Positions 40,881 to 50,249 of a DNA stretch of 64,000 nucleotides are shown here, piece by piece; within the stretch, counting starts at the first letter, position 1; each line of letters begins with the position of its first letter. Origin of the DNA: Chthoniobacterales bacterium (GTDB taxonomy: Bacteria > Verrucomicrobiota > Verrucomicrobiia > Chthoniobacterales > JACTMZ01); NCBI GenBank assembly GCA_018402585.1, contig JAGYIO010000002.1, positions 138,070 through 202,069 of the forward strand. The letters run 5' to 3'. The position numbers were made by a program, and so were the translations under genes. A model generated the notes under the pieces. It saw nothing but the letters and a program-made list of their open reading frames with translations. It was not told the origin of the DNA and searched no databases.

Positions 40881-42001
40881 ACGCCCGTTTGCCCCGATTT
40901 TTGGCCGTTGCCCTCACGACCCTTTCTTTGACCGCCGCCGCGTGGGCTGAGGAAGGCGGGGTCTTCACGGCCGACCTTCCTTTTGATGCGGCCCAGCCTT
41001 TGCCCGCATGGATGCACGGGGCTCCCGTCTCGGCCCCGGGGCAGGGCGCCCGCATTGCCTTCCAACTTTCTCCCCCGAAAAACCAAGATTTGCTCGTCCA
41101 TTTTGTCTTCGACGAGACGGAGGGCGGTGGCCTGCGCATCGAATGGTTGCGTGACGGCCAAAGCTCCCCCGAACTGCTGGCCGAAAATCTCGGCGAAAGC
41201 CTCGGGGTGCCGAACCAACGGCCGCTCCTGATCAGCGCCTCGCGCCTCGGTGGCAATGGCTCGCTCCTGCTCCAAGGCGGAGCGAATTTGAACGTCAATC
41301 GCGTGAAATTCGAGTGGGTCTCCGAGCGCACCATGCTTTCCTCAAGTGCGCGCTTTGTTCCCGTGGTGGTGACGGCGTCGCGATTGACCTTGGCCGAGGC
41401 CGAGGTGGAGGGCGGGCCGCGGCCGGCTCCGCGTGACGAATGGCGCGACCGGGTGGTGCGCGCCGCGCTGACCGAGGGTGCGGAGTTGCTTACACCTTCG
41501 CTTGAGTTGCTCGCGGAATTGGAGCAAGCGCCGGATCAGGCCCGCCTGGAAGCTTCGCTGGCTGGAGTGTTTTTGGATCAGGAAATCTGGCTCTTGGTCA
41601 ACGGGCAGGAGGTGGGACCGATTGCGGTGGAAGTTCCGACCCTCGAAGATCCGGGTCACCTTGGCTTGCCCGGCCGGGAGGTGAATTTTGCCGGCTGGCG
41701 CCGGGGCTCGGTGCACATCCCGGCCGACCTCATGTTGCCGGGGGAAAATTCGCTGCTCCTCGAGTTGCGCTCGCCGCTCAAGACCGATTACCGCAACCGC
41801 ACTTTTATCCGCGACGCGGTCCTCGAGTTGTCTTATCCGCGGGCCGTGCGTGAACCGGATCTTTCCCTGCCCTTGCCTGACCTGCCGACCGGGGAACCAC
41901 AGGACCCGGAAGAAGAGCCACTGCCGGCGGTGGAGTCCCCGGCCCCTGCGCCGGCCGAAGCTCTCTCCGATTTCTGGGGCCGGAGCGAAGGCTCACTCTA
42001 A
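40877..42001 (+). CDS. Hypothetical exported protein
   Basis: Signal peptide ending AWA; ATGA overlap. Confidence 0.7.
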   Translation: MNARLPRFLAVALTTLSLTAAAWAEEGGVFTADLPFDAAQPLPAWMHGAPVSAPGQGARIAFQLSPPKNQDLLVHFVFDETEGGGLRIEWLRDGQSSPELLAENLGESLGVPNQRPLLISASRLGGNGSLLLQGGANLNVNRVKFEWVSERTMLSSSARFVPVVVTASRLTLAEAEVEGGPRPAPRDEWRDRVVRAALTEGAELLTPSLELLAELEQAPDQARLEASLAGVFLDQEIWLLVNGQEVGPIAVEVPTLEDPGHLGLPGREVNFAGWRRGSVHIPADLMLPGENSLLLELRSPLKTDYRNRTFIRDAVLELSYPRAVREPDLSLPLPDLPTGEPQDPEEEPLPAVESPAPAPAEALSDFWGRSEGSL

Positions 42002-42083
42002 TCCGGCCTCCGCAGGCGCGTGTTAGCGGGTTGACTTCGTGCAGACCGCTTTGTTTTGCCCTGCTTGGCCGGGCCAAGGGGCT

Positions 42084-42112
42084 TTGACAAGGCGGTCGAG
42101 TGGAAGCATCCT
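42084..42112 (+). promoter_or_regulatory. Putative sigma70 promoter of the T2SS operon
   Basis: TTGACA-N17-CATCCT just upstream of gspG. Confidence 0.45.
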
Positions 42113-42121
42113 TTCACGTTG

Positions 42122-42559
42122 ATGAAATCTTTTTCCAAACGGCTCCGCCGCGAGGCGGGCTACACTTTATTCGAGATCATGCTCGTGCTCGGCATCATTG
42201 CCGTGCTGGTCGGATCGGCCATTTATTTGTTGGTCGGCAATATCGACGTGGCCCGCGAGTCGCGGGTGGAAGCCGACATTCAGAGCATCAGCACCCAGAT
42301 CCGGGTTTACGAAATGCAAAACTTGCGTCCGCCGAGCAGCGCGCAGGGCCTCGCCGCCTTGGTCACGCGCCCATCGGCCGAACCGGCACCACGCCGTTGG
42401 CGGCAACTGCTTGAGAGGGTGCCGCTCGACCCTTGGGGCGAGGAATATGTCTATTACTGGCCCGGGAAAAAGAACGCGTCCGGTTTCGATCTTTTTTCCA
42501 AGGGACCGGATCGCCAGGAGGGCGGGGGCGACGACATCGGCAACGACCCCGGCGAGTAA
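42122..42559 (+). CDS. gspG: Type II secretion major pseudopilin
   Basis: GYTLFE, QGL.ALV..P, DPWG..Y.Y..PG, GPD...G..DDIGN. Confidence 0.93.
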   Translation: MKSFSKRLRREAGYTLFEIMLVLGIIAVLVGSAIYLLVGNIDVARESRVEADIQSISTQIRVYEMQNLRPPSSAQGLAALVTRPSAEPAPRRWRQLLERVPLDPWGEEYVYYWPGKKNASGFDLFSKGPDRQEGGGDDIGNDPGE

Positions 42560-42569
42560 GGCCGAGGCG

Positions 42570-43073
42570 ATGAAAACGATCCGGGCGGTGGCGAAAAGCG
42601 GGCAGCCCGGCCGGCGCTCCGGTGGCTACACGCTGCTCGAGATCGCGCTGGTCGTGACCATCATCGTGCTCCTGGTCGGTGCAGTCGTGCCGCTCACCTC
42701 GGGCTTCGTGCGCGAACAACGTTTGCGCGACTCGGTGCGCGGACTCCTCGTCTTGGCCAAAACGGCGCGGACCGTGGCCATGACCACGGGTCGTGCGGCG
42801 GAGGTGGTCTTCGCCAAGGGTGGCTTTGCTTTGCTGCGGGCGGGCGAGGAAGAGCCTTCGGAGTTGGTGCGCTTGCCGCGCGGCACGCGCTATCAACTCC
42901 TGCCCTTCGGCGCCGACAAAGCGCTGCGTCCGGACGGTCAGCGTTGGATTTTCCAGCCGACCGGCCTGTGCGAACCGCTCACCGTGCGGATCATGGAGGA
43001 CGAGGCCTGGATTGAGGTGCGCTTCGATCCGCTGACCGCCGGAATCGAGGAGGAGAGTTACTACATCCCGTGA
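42570..43073 (+). CDS. Minor pseudopilin (GspH-like)
   Basis: GYTLLE prepilin motif, position after gspG. Confidence 0.8.
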   Translation: MKTIRAVAKSGQPGRRSGGYTLLEIALVVTIIVLLVGAVVPLTSGFVREQRLRDSVRGLLVLAKTARTVAMTTGRAAEVVFAKGGFALLRAGEEEPSELVRLPRGTRYQLLPFGADKALRPDGQRWIFQPTGLCEPLTVRIMEDEAWIEVRFDPLTAGIEEESYYIP

Positions 43074-43450
43074 AAAAGGCCGGTTTCACCCTGCTGGAAA
43101 TGCTCACCGCGATGTTCATGTTTGTCCTCGCGGTGGGCGGACTGGCCATGGCGATGGACAAAATTTTCGCGGCCAATGTGCTGATGCGGCGCGACGGCGA
43201 AGTGCGTCAGCAGCTGGAGTCATTACTCGATGAATCGATGGTCATACCGATCGCCGATCTCGAGCAAGGCCGCGAGGTGGGGCCCGATGCGATGGGCGCG
43301 ACATTTTTTGTCCGGGCCGAACCCGCGGAGTTTTTCAATATGAACGGGGAAGAACTCACCGGTTTGTGGTGGATCACGGTGCGCGCGGAGTGGACCGAGG
43401 GACGGGAGGATCAAGCGTGGGAGGAAAAATTCCTGCGTTACGAACCATGA
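43070..43450 (+). CDS. Minor pseudopilin (GspI-like)
   Basis: GFTLLE, 126 aa. Confidence 0.78.
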   Translation: MKKAGFTLLEMLTAMFMFVLAVGGLAMAMDKIFAANVLMRRDGEVRQQLESLLDESMVIPIADLEQGREVGPDAMGATFFVRAEPAEFFNMNGEELTGLWWITVRAEWTEGREDQAWEEKFLRYEP

Positions 43451-44124
43451 GAAACGCCGCCCGCGGATTCACCCTTTTCGAGATGGTGGTGGTCCTTGCC
43501 ATCTTCGTCCTGCTCGCCGGCGGCATTTATGCGACGGTCAATGCGGCGGTACGCGCCACGGCGACGCTGACCGAGGAGAACCTGCAAATCCAGCGGCTCA
43601 ACGCTTTTGTTTCGCTCATGCGGCGGACCTTCCACAACCTGCCGGCCAACGCCCGGTTCGCCGGCGGGGTACGTGCGGAAGGGGGCGACGGTTTTCCCGA
43701 GATCACGCTGCGCGATGCGCCCGGCGTCTTTGCCTGGGGCCTGGGCGGCCCCTCGGCCGGGACCGCGTTGCTCACCGCGCGTCCGCGCCTCGGCGGCGGT
43801 CGTGAACTCAGCCTCATGCTCCTGCCGGGGTCACTCGGAGAAATGGAGCGGCGCGACGGGTTGGAGCGTGGGGCCTGGATGCGCTTGCTGCCCGACCTGC
43901 GCGAGGTCAAGTGGCGCTTCTACAACTTGGAGCAGCAGGAATGGGTGGAGCAATGGCTTGAAGGGGAGCGACCGCCGCTGGTCGAGCTCAACTTGCAGTT
44001 GCTCGGCGAGGAAGTGCCCCGTCAGTTTATTTTCTGGCTGCCGCCGGTCAAGGAAGTGGCCCTCAACGAGGCCGGCTTGGAAGCGCAAGGCCCCCCGCCG
44101 GAATTGGAGGTCGAGCTGCCGTGA
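43447..44124 (+). CDS. Minor pseudopilin (GspJ-like)
   Basis: GFTLFE; C-terminal W...W....P..VEL. Confidence 0.8.
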   Translation: MRNAARGFTLFEMVVVLAIFVLLAGGIYATVNAAVRATATLTEENLQIQRLNAFVSLMRRTFHNLPANARFAGGVRAEGGDGFPEITLRDAPGVFAWGLGGPSAGTALLTARPRLGGGRELSLMLLPGSLGEMERRDGLERGAWMRLLPDLREVKWRFYNLEQQEWVEQWLEGERPPLVELNLQLLGEEVPRQFIFWLPPVKEVALNEAGLEAQGPPPELEVELP

Positions 44125-45047
44125 GCGCACAGTTCCGTCCCTCGGGTGCCGCCCTGCTCCTCGTGCTCTGGGCCATCACCGTGATTTCCTTCGCCGTGCT
44201 TTGGATGGCCGGCGTGGTCAATCTCGAACTCGAGACGACCGTGTCCGATTCGGCCGGTTTGCGCGCGCGTCAGATTGCGGTGAGCGGAGTGGCCCTCGGC
44301 CTGCATCCGCAGGTGAAGCGCGAGGAAACCGGGTTGCTCAACCGCGACTTCGGGGCCGGCGAGCGCATGGAGGTGCGCATCCGCGGCGAGGGTGCGCGTT
44401 TCAACATCAATCAATTACTTCAGGACCAGGACCGCATCACCTTGCTGAATCTTTTCACCTTGTGGGGGCTCACGGCGGACGAGGGGAATGCGCTGATCGA
44501 CAAGCTCGCCGATTGGGCCGACGAGGACGAGTTCCGCACCGGATTCGGCGGGGCGGAGCGTACGGAATACGAGGCGGCCGGCATTACCGACGCACCGGCT
44601 AACCGTCCGTTCCGCAGCGTCGCGGAAATGGGCCGCGTCCTTGAGATGGAAAAGCTCGCGGCGCTCAAGCCCGATTGGGCCGAGAGTTTCACCATTTTCG
44701 GTGACGGCCTGATCGACGTGAATGAGGCAGAGGCCGACGTGCTCCAAGCCGCCACGGGCATCACCCCGGAAATGGTGCAGGGCATCTTGCAGCAGCGCCG
44801 CGGCGCCGACGGGGTCGAGCCTTCGGAAGATGATCTGCGTTTCGATGATGTCAGCCAGGTGGCCGGCTGGTTGGCCGGTTCGACCTTGCCGGCGGAACAG
44901 ATCATGGGGCGCCTTACCACGGAGAGCTCGGTCAAAAGAATTGATAGCCGGGGCATCGTGGGCGAGCGTTCCCGTCTGATCTCCGTGGTCGCCCAGGCGG
45001 GCGAAGGCGGGGAAGCTGCCACTTACCTGCTATGGGAGGAAAAATGA
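44121..45047 (+). CDS. gspK: Type II secretion protein K
   Basis: GAALLLVLW, RFNIN, DWAD.D, IDVN.A. Confidence 0.88.
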   Translation: MSAQFRPSGAALLLVLWAITVISFAVLWMAGVVNLELETTVSDSAGLRARQIAVSGVALGLHPQVKREETGLLNRDFGAGERMEVRIRGEGARFNINQLLQDQDRITLLNLFTLWGLTADEGNALIDKLADWADEDEFRTGFGGAERTEYEAAGITDAPANRPFRSVAEMGRVLEMEKLAALKPDWAESFTIFGDGLIDVNEAEADVLQAATGITPEMVQGILQQRRGADGVEPSEDDLRFDDVSQVAGWLAGSTLPAEQIMGRLTTESSVKRIDSRGIVGERSRLISVVAQAGEGGEAATYLLWEEK

Positions 45048-46312
45048 AAAGCCCGCGCCAGATACGCCGCGCCCTCTTCCGTCCGGCCTCCGCCGGGTGG
45101 CAGAAATGGGAGCAGGACGAGGCCAGGCTTTGGCGCGAAACGGGTGGAGCGGCCGATTTGTCCGAATTGAAACCGGAGGCCGGCGCCTTGGTGGCCGTGC
45201 CGGTGCGTCGCGCCTTTTCGCTCGCCGTCTGGGTGCCAGCCGAAGATCCGTCTTTGTTCGGAGACCTCATCTTCACCCAGCTTGAATTACGGGGACTGGC
45301 CGGCCGCACGCGGGAAACGACCTCCTTTTCCTGGCAAGAGGTGGCTCGCGAGGGCGGCGAGGCTTTGCTCCATGCGGTGGTTCTACCTTCAAATCTTGCG
45401 CCGCGCTACTGGCATGGTGCGGTAACCGAATACGCCGTTTCGCCTTCCTGCCTGCCGCTCGCCCCGGATGCGGTGACGGTCTGGGAGGAGGAAGGCGGAT
45501 GGGTGGCCGGAGTCACGCGCGGGGACCGGTTGCTCCACTTCCAACCGCTGGCCGAGAAAACACCCTCGGCCCCAATGGCCATGGAAATTTGGCTGATGCA
45601 GGCGCCGCTCGAGGCGGGGCGTATGCTGAGCGCCAACGCACGCGTCACGCTTTACTACCAAGGCACTGCTGCCCCTGACTTGTCGGATTGGCGCAGCGCC
45701 GGCGAGCTCGAAGTCGCGGCGGAGAAATTTCCCCCGCCGGTGCTGCCGGCCGCACCGCTTGATTGCCTGCCTCTGCCGGTGCGCGATTTGCAGCGCACCA
45801 AAGAGACGGGGGCCCGGCGCCAGAAAATCGCCCTCTTGGCCGCGGCCGTTTATTTTGTTCTCGTTCTGGCCCTTGCGGCCAACACGCTCTGGCTTTGGTG
45901 GCGGGCGGATTCTCTGCAGGCCACGATGGCGGGTGAGGCGGGCGAAGTGGATGCGGTGCGCGCGGCCATGCAGCGCTGGAACGCGATCGAACCGGCCCTC
46001 GATCCGGTTGGTTATCCGCTCGAAGTGCTCTATCAAGCTGCGCGCTTGCTCCCAAAGGACGGGGTGCGTTTGACCCTCTTCCAGATGAATGTGCAGCGCG
46101 TGATCCTCGCCGGGGAGGCTTCGACCCTGCAGGCGGCGCAGCGTTTCCAGGAGGATGTACGCAAAAATCCGGATCTGACCGCTTACGATTGGACGATGGA
46201 AAGCCCGCGCCCGCTCCCCACCGGTAGTGCGCGTTTCCAGATCGACGGCGTGCGCCACGGCGCGGTCGCCGCGGATGGAGAGGAGGCAAGCAATGAGAGC
46301 ACTGACGGCTAA
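45044..46312 (+). CDS. GspL/PilM-PilN-like T2SS platform protein
   Basis: Cytoplasmic domain, single TM, periplasmic L.GEA domain; operon position. Confidence 0.65.
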   Translation: MKSPRQIRRALFRPASAGWQKWEQDEARLWRETGGAADLSELKPEAGALVAVPVRRAFSLAVWVPAEDPSLFGDLIFTQLELRGLAGRTRETTSFSWQEVAREGGEALLHAVVLPSNLAPRYWHGAVTEYAVSPSCLPLAPDAVTVWEEEGGWVAGVTRGDRLLHFQPLAEKTPSAPMAMEIWLMQAPLEAGRMLSANARVTLYYQGTAAPDLSDWRSAGELEVAAEKFPPPVLPAAPLDCLPLPVRDLQRTKETGARRQKIALLAAAVYFVLVLALAANTLWLWWRADSLQATMAGEAGEVDAVRAAMQRWNAIEPALDPVGYPLEVLYQAARLLPKDGVRLTLFQMNVQRVILAGEASTLQAAQRFQEDVRKNPDLTAYDWTMESPRPLPTGSARFQIDGVRHGAVAADGEEASNESTDG

Positions 46313-46832
46313 GGAAAAAAAATTACTCCTCGCCTTGGTCGGCGCACTTTTCGTGCTGCTCAATGTTGTCGGCTTGCAGGTTTTCCTCAACCGCCAGCGG
46401 GCGCTGCAAAGCAGTATCGTGCAGCTCCAGAGTCAACTGACCGAAGGCCGCGCCATTCTCGAGGAGAAGACGATCTGGCAGGAACGTGCGGCCTGGCTCG
46501 ACCAGCATCAACCCGGGGACGACGTGACCACGACAGATGACGACGCGAAGTTTTATGAATTTGTCGAGAGCAGTGCCCGGAACGCCGGGCTCACTTACAC
46601 GCGGCGCGATGCGGGAACCCAGCCGGTTGGTGGAACCTATGCCGAGGTCTTCGATTCATCGCAGGTCAAAGGCAAGATGGAGTCGCTGGTCAAATGGCTC
46701 AGCGAGTTGCAGCAACCCAAGGCCTTTCGCGCCGTCAAACAGATCTCGATCAAAAGCGGCGAACCGCCCGAGGTCATGGCCGAAGTCGAGGTGGCGCGTT
46801 GGTATCGTCCGGTGCAAGGAGGAGAGCGATGA
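46293..46832 (+). CDS. GspM-like T2SS protein
   Basis: LT.KEK.LL + TM + coiled coil; L.KWL..LQ. Confidence 0.7.
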   Translation: MRALTAKEKKLLLALVGALFVLLNVVGLQVFLNRQRALQSSIVQLQSQLTEGRAILEEKTIWQERAAWLDQHQPGDDVTTTDDDAKFYEFVESSARNAGLTYTRRDAGTQPVGGTYAEVFDSSQVKGKMESLVKWLSELQQPKAFRAVKQISIKSGEPPEVMAEVEVARWYRPVQGGER

Positions 46833-47680
46833 GAGGGGTGCTTCTTTTCCTCCTTGCCGCCCTGCTTCTCCTCGGCATCCCCACATTCGCCCGCGGCGAT
46901 GAAGACCAGCCGGATGCGTCTGCCCTGCTCAAGGTTCCTTTAGTCGAGGCGCGCCCGAGCGGCGTCGAGGGCGAAGAAAATGTGGCCCCGCCCGACCCTT
47001 CCCCCACGCCCTCGCTGCTCGCCGAGACAGACCCGCCGGTGGCCGGGGAACCTGCTCCACCCGCGGACGATGGCATCACCCGGCCAGCCTTCCCTCTCTC
47101 GCGTTATCAACCCTTGTGGCAACGCTCGCCCTTCCAACTGGAATCCGTTGCTCCGCCGGTTGAGTCGGCCGGCTTGGCCCAACGCTTCGCACTGACTGGC
47201 ATCGCAGAGATCAATGGCGAGCCCATGGCCTTTGTCATGGAGCGCGCCACGCAAAACCGCTTGATGGTCAAAGCGAACAGCACGGAAGGCGGTGTTTCTT
47301 TGGTGCAAGTCGATGTGCAGCAGAAATATACGGACTCCTCGGCCACGCTGCGCCAGGGGGCGGAGGTCGGGGTGGTCCGCTTTGAGGCCGCAGCCGCCAT
47401 GGCTCCCGGGATGCCTCAGCCTGGCATGCAGGTGCCCCGGCCGATCCCGCAAGCGATACCCCAACCTGGGGTGCCTCCTTCAGCCGCCGCTTTCCCCGGG
47501 GTCCCCCCGGCCGCACCGATCCCCGGCCAGCCCGCACCAGGCATACCTCAAGCTCCCGGCGCAGTGCCCCAAGTGTCCAGTTCGGGCAACCCGGCGAACG
47601 GGCAAGTCGAGGGCGGCCAAGGGCAGATGCCCCCGCCTCGCATCATCCGGCGCCGGGCTCTCATCCCCGCCGCGCCTTGA
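46829..47680 (+). CDS. Proline-rich hypothetical T2SS accessory protein (possible GspC analogue)
   Basis: RSPF motif, LTGI core, Pro-rich flanks; directly before the secretin. Confidence 0.6.
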   Translation: MRGVLLFLLAALLLLGIPTFARGDEDQPDASALLKVPLVEARPSGVEGEENVAPPDPSPTPSLLAETDPPVAGEPAPPADDGITRPAFPLSRYQPLWQRSPFQLESVAPPVESAGLAQRFALTGIAEINGEPMAFVMERATQNRLMVKANSTEGGVSLVQVDVQQKYTDSSATLRQGAEVGVVRFEAAAAMAPGMPQPGMQVPRPIPQAIPQPGVPPSAAAFPGVPPAAPIPGQPAPGIPQAPGAVPQVSSSGNPANGQVEGGQGQMPPPRIIRRRALIPAAP

Positions 47681-47711
47681 GAAACTTGCTAAGCATGCTT
47701 TAATTCCATCC

Positions 47712-50234
47712 ATGGCCCGCTTTTGTTCCCCGATTCTCGCCTCTGCTTGGCTCGTCGCGGCCTTTTTCGCCCTGACCCCTGCCGGCGCGCAGGATGCGGC
47801 ACCTTCACCGGCCATGGTGCCGCCCGATGCCGCCGCGCCGGCAGGCCAACCGCTCGCCCCGTCCCCGGTACTCGAACTTGAACAACCTGCGCCGCTGCCG
47901 CCCGCTGTGGTCGATCCGGGCTTACCTGCCCCGCCGGCTCCTTCCCCGCCCGCGCCCCGCCCGGTCCAAACCGAGCCGACCGTGCGCCTCACTTTCCCCA
48001 ACACTTCGGTCAACGAGATCCTCAGTCTCTACGAGGTGCTGACCGACAAGCGTCTCGTGCGGGACTCCATGCTCGCCCAAGGACAACCGCTCACCATTAT
48101 CGTGCCCGGAGAAGTTCCCCGCAGCGAGGCCATCCGCCTGATCGAGGCCTCCCTCTTGCTCAACGGCTATTCGTTCGTCCCGGTCGACGACCAGACGGTG
48201 AAAATCCTCGGTCCCTCGAAATTTCCCCGAGCTGAAGGCATCCCGATCTTTTCCACTCCCTACCTGCTGCCGGCCACCGACCAAGTGGTCAGCTTTTTCA
48301 TGAAATTAAGCTACCTCGCGCCCCAGGAGGCTGCGCAACTTTTCCAGACCTTCGTCAGTCCGCCCAAGTCCTACACTTCCTTCACCCCGGTGCCCAATGT
48401 GCAGGCCGTGCTCATCACGGAAAACGTCCCGATCATCCAGCAACTCATCGCCCTGCAGGCCATGGTCGATGTGCCGCCTGCACAGGTCATGACCGAGTTC
48501 GTCGACCTCAAACGCGCCGATGCCGAAAAGGTGGTCGAACTTTTGCAAACCTTGCTCGAGGAGCGGAAAGAGGGTGCCGGAACCCCGGGCCAGCCCGGCT
48601 CGCCGGGCGGCGCCCCGCAGGTCGATGCCCAGGGCCAAGTCATCCAAGCTTCCCTTGGCGCGGTGGGCGGCGGGCAGTTCGAATCCAATCTCGTCATCGG
48701 CGAAACGCAAATCGTGGCCGATCCTCGCACCAATCGCATTCTGGTCGTGACCCGTCCGATCAACTTCCCCTACATCAAGCAACTCATCGAGCAACTTGAT
48801 GCGCCCGTGCCGCTCGATTCCGTGCTTGAGCGTCCGCTCCAATTTGTCGCCGCCGGCGATGTGCTCCCCGTCCTGCAAGATTTGCTTTCGGAAGGCGAGG
48901 AAGGCGGAGCCGGCGGCGGGACGGCGCGCGCAGGGGCAGGTGGCGCCTCCGTGGAGAGCGGTTCGAGCTTCGGCCAAGGTATAGATTCCGATTCCGGCGC
49001 TGGCGCGGGCGGCGGCACCAGCCGGCCCGACCGGATCAAGGAACCCACCGCCGATGTCGCCCCCGAATCGGTCATCGTCGGCAACACCAAAATCATCGCC
49101 GACAAGAGTGCCAACTCGATCATTGCCATCGGTCCGCCGGACAGCCGCCAGAAAGTCGCCCAACTCCTCGACATGCTCGATGTGCGGCCGCGCCAAGTAT
49201 ACATCGCGGCCGTGATTGGGGAACTCAGCTTGACCGACAAGATGGAATTCGGTTTCAACTATTTCTTGCGCAACCAGAGCAGGGACGGCAGCAGCGTGGG
49301 CGGTGCGCTGCTCAATCCGGGCGTTGGCTCCGGCACCAACCTTTTTATCCCGCCGGACCTCCTCACCCCCGCTGCTCTGGCCGCCAGCGCCTTCACCGGT
49401 TTGACCCTCTACGGAACCATCGCCAACACACTCGACTATTACGTGCGGGCGATCGAGACAACGGGCAAGTTCAAGATCCTCTCCCGCCCGGTTGTTTACA
49501 CCACGAACAACAAAAAAGCGGTGATCAGCTCCGGACAGCGCGTGCCCTACACGAGCAGTACCTTGACCTCCACTTCCATCAGCGGAGTCGGTCCGAACCA
49601 GAACGCCGGTGTCACCGCCAACATCACCTATCTCGACGTTCTACTTAAGCTCGAAGTGCTCCCGCTGATCAATGCGAACCGAGACGTTACCCTGGTCATC
49701 GTGCAGACGAACAACAATGTCCTCCGCGAGGAGAACTTTGGTAATGATAACAAGGCCCCGGTCGTCGGCGCTCAAGAACTCACCACCACAGTAACCGTGC
49801 CGAGCGGCGGCACGGTGGTGCTGGGAGGTCTGATCATCGAAAACACCAGAGCGGACGATGGCGGCTTGCCCTTCCTCATGCGGCTTCCCGTGCTCGGCTA
49901 CATTTTCAAGCAGACCACGCGTTCGGTTGAGCGGCGCGAACTGCTCGTTCTCCTCCAGCCCACCGTGGTGGAAGATGATGCCGAAACCGCGGTGGCCAGC
50001 GCCGAGGAGCGCTACCGCACGAAGCTGGGGGACGAGGTCTACGACGAGGCGGACGCCTGGCAATTGGGCCGCACCCCGGTGGTCAACGACTCGCCCATGC
50101 TCACCCCCGACGCACGGGTGCGCAAACCGCGCGATCCGCTCCGGCCAGCCGGGATCGACTACCAAGAGTATGCGCCCGACCCTAAGCCGAGGCCGACGCC
50201 CACTCCCGGGAAAAAGAAAAGATCGGAACCCTAG
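47712..50234 (+). CDS. gspD: Type II secretion secretin
   Basis: N domains, LDV..RQVYI, TVVLGGLI, PFL..LPVLG.IF. Confidence 0.92.
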   Translation: MARFCSPILASAWLVAAFFALTPAGAQDAAPSPAMVPPDAAAPAGQPLAPSPVLELEQPAPLPPAVVDPGLPAPPAPSPPAPRPVQTEPTVRLTFPNTSVNEILSLYEVLTDKRLVRDSMLAQGQPLTIIVPGEVPRSEAIRLIEASLLLNGYSFVPVDDQTVKILGPSKFPRAEGIPIFSTPYLLPATDQVVSFFMKLSYLAPQEAAQLFQTFVSPPKSYTSFTPVPNVQAVLITENVPIIQQLIALQAMVDVPPAQVMTEFVDLKRADAEKVVELLQTLLEERKEGAGTPGQPGSPGGAPQVDAQGQVIQASLGAVGGGQFESNLVIGETQIVADPRTNRILVVTRPINFPYIKQLIEQLDAPVPLDSVLERPLQFVAAGDVLPVLQDLLSEGEEGGAGGGTARAGAGGASVESGSSFGQGIDSDSGAGAGGGTSRPDRIKEPTADVAPESVIVGNTKIIADKSANSIIAIGPPDSRQKVAQLLDMLDVRPRQVYIAAVIGELSLTDKMEFGFNYFLRNQSRDGSSVGGALLNPGVGSGTNLFIPPDLLTPAALAASAFTGLTLYGTIANTLDYYVRAIETTGKFKILSRPVVYTTNNKKAVISSGQRVPYTSSTLTSTSISGVGPNQNAGVTANITYLDVLLKLEVLPLINANRDVTLVIVQTNNNVLREENFGNDNKAPVVGAQELTTTVTVPSGGTVVLGGLIIENTRADDGGLPFLMRLPVLGYIFKQTTRSVERRELLVLLQPTVVEDDAETAVASAEERYRTKLGDEVYDEADAWQLGRTPVVNDSPMLTPDARVRKPRDPLRPAGIDYQEYAPDPKPRPTPTPGKKKRSEP

Positions 50235-50249
50235 CGGGAGAGGCATCCT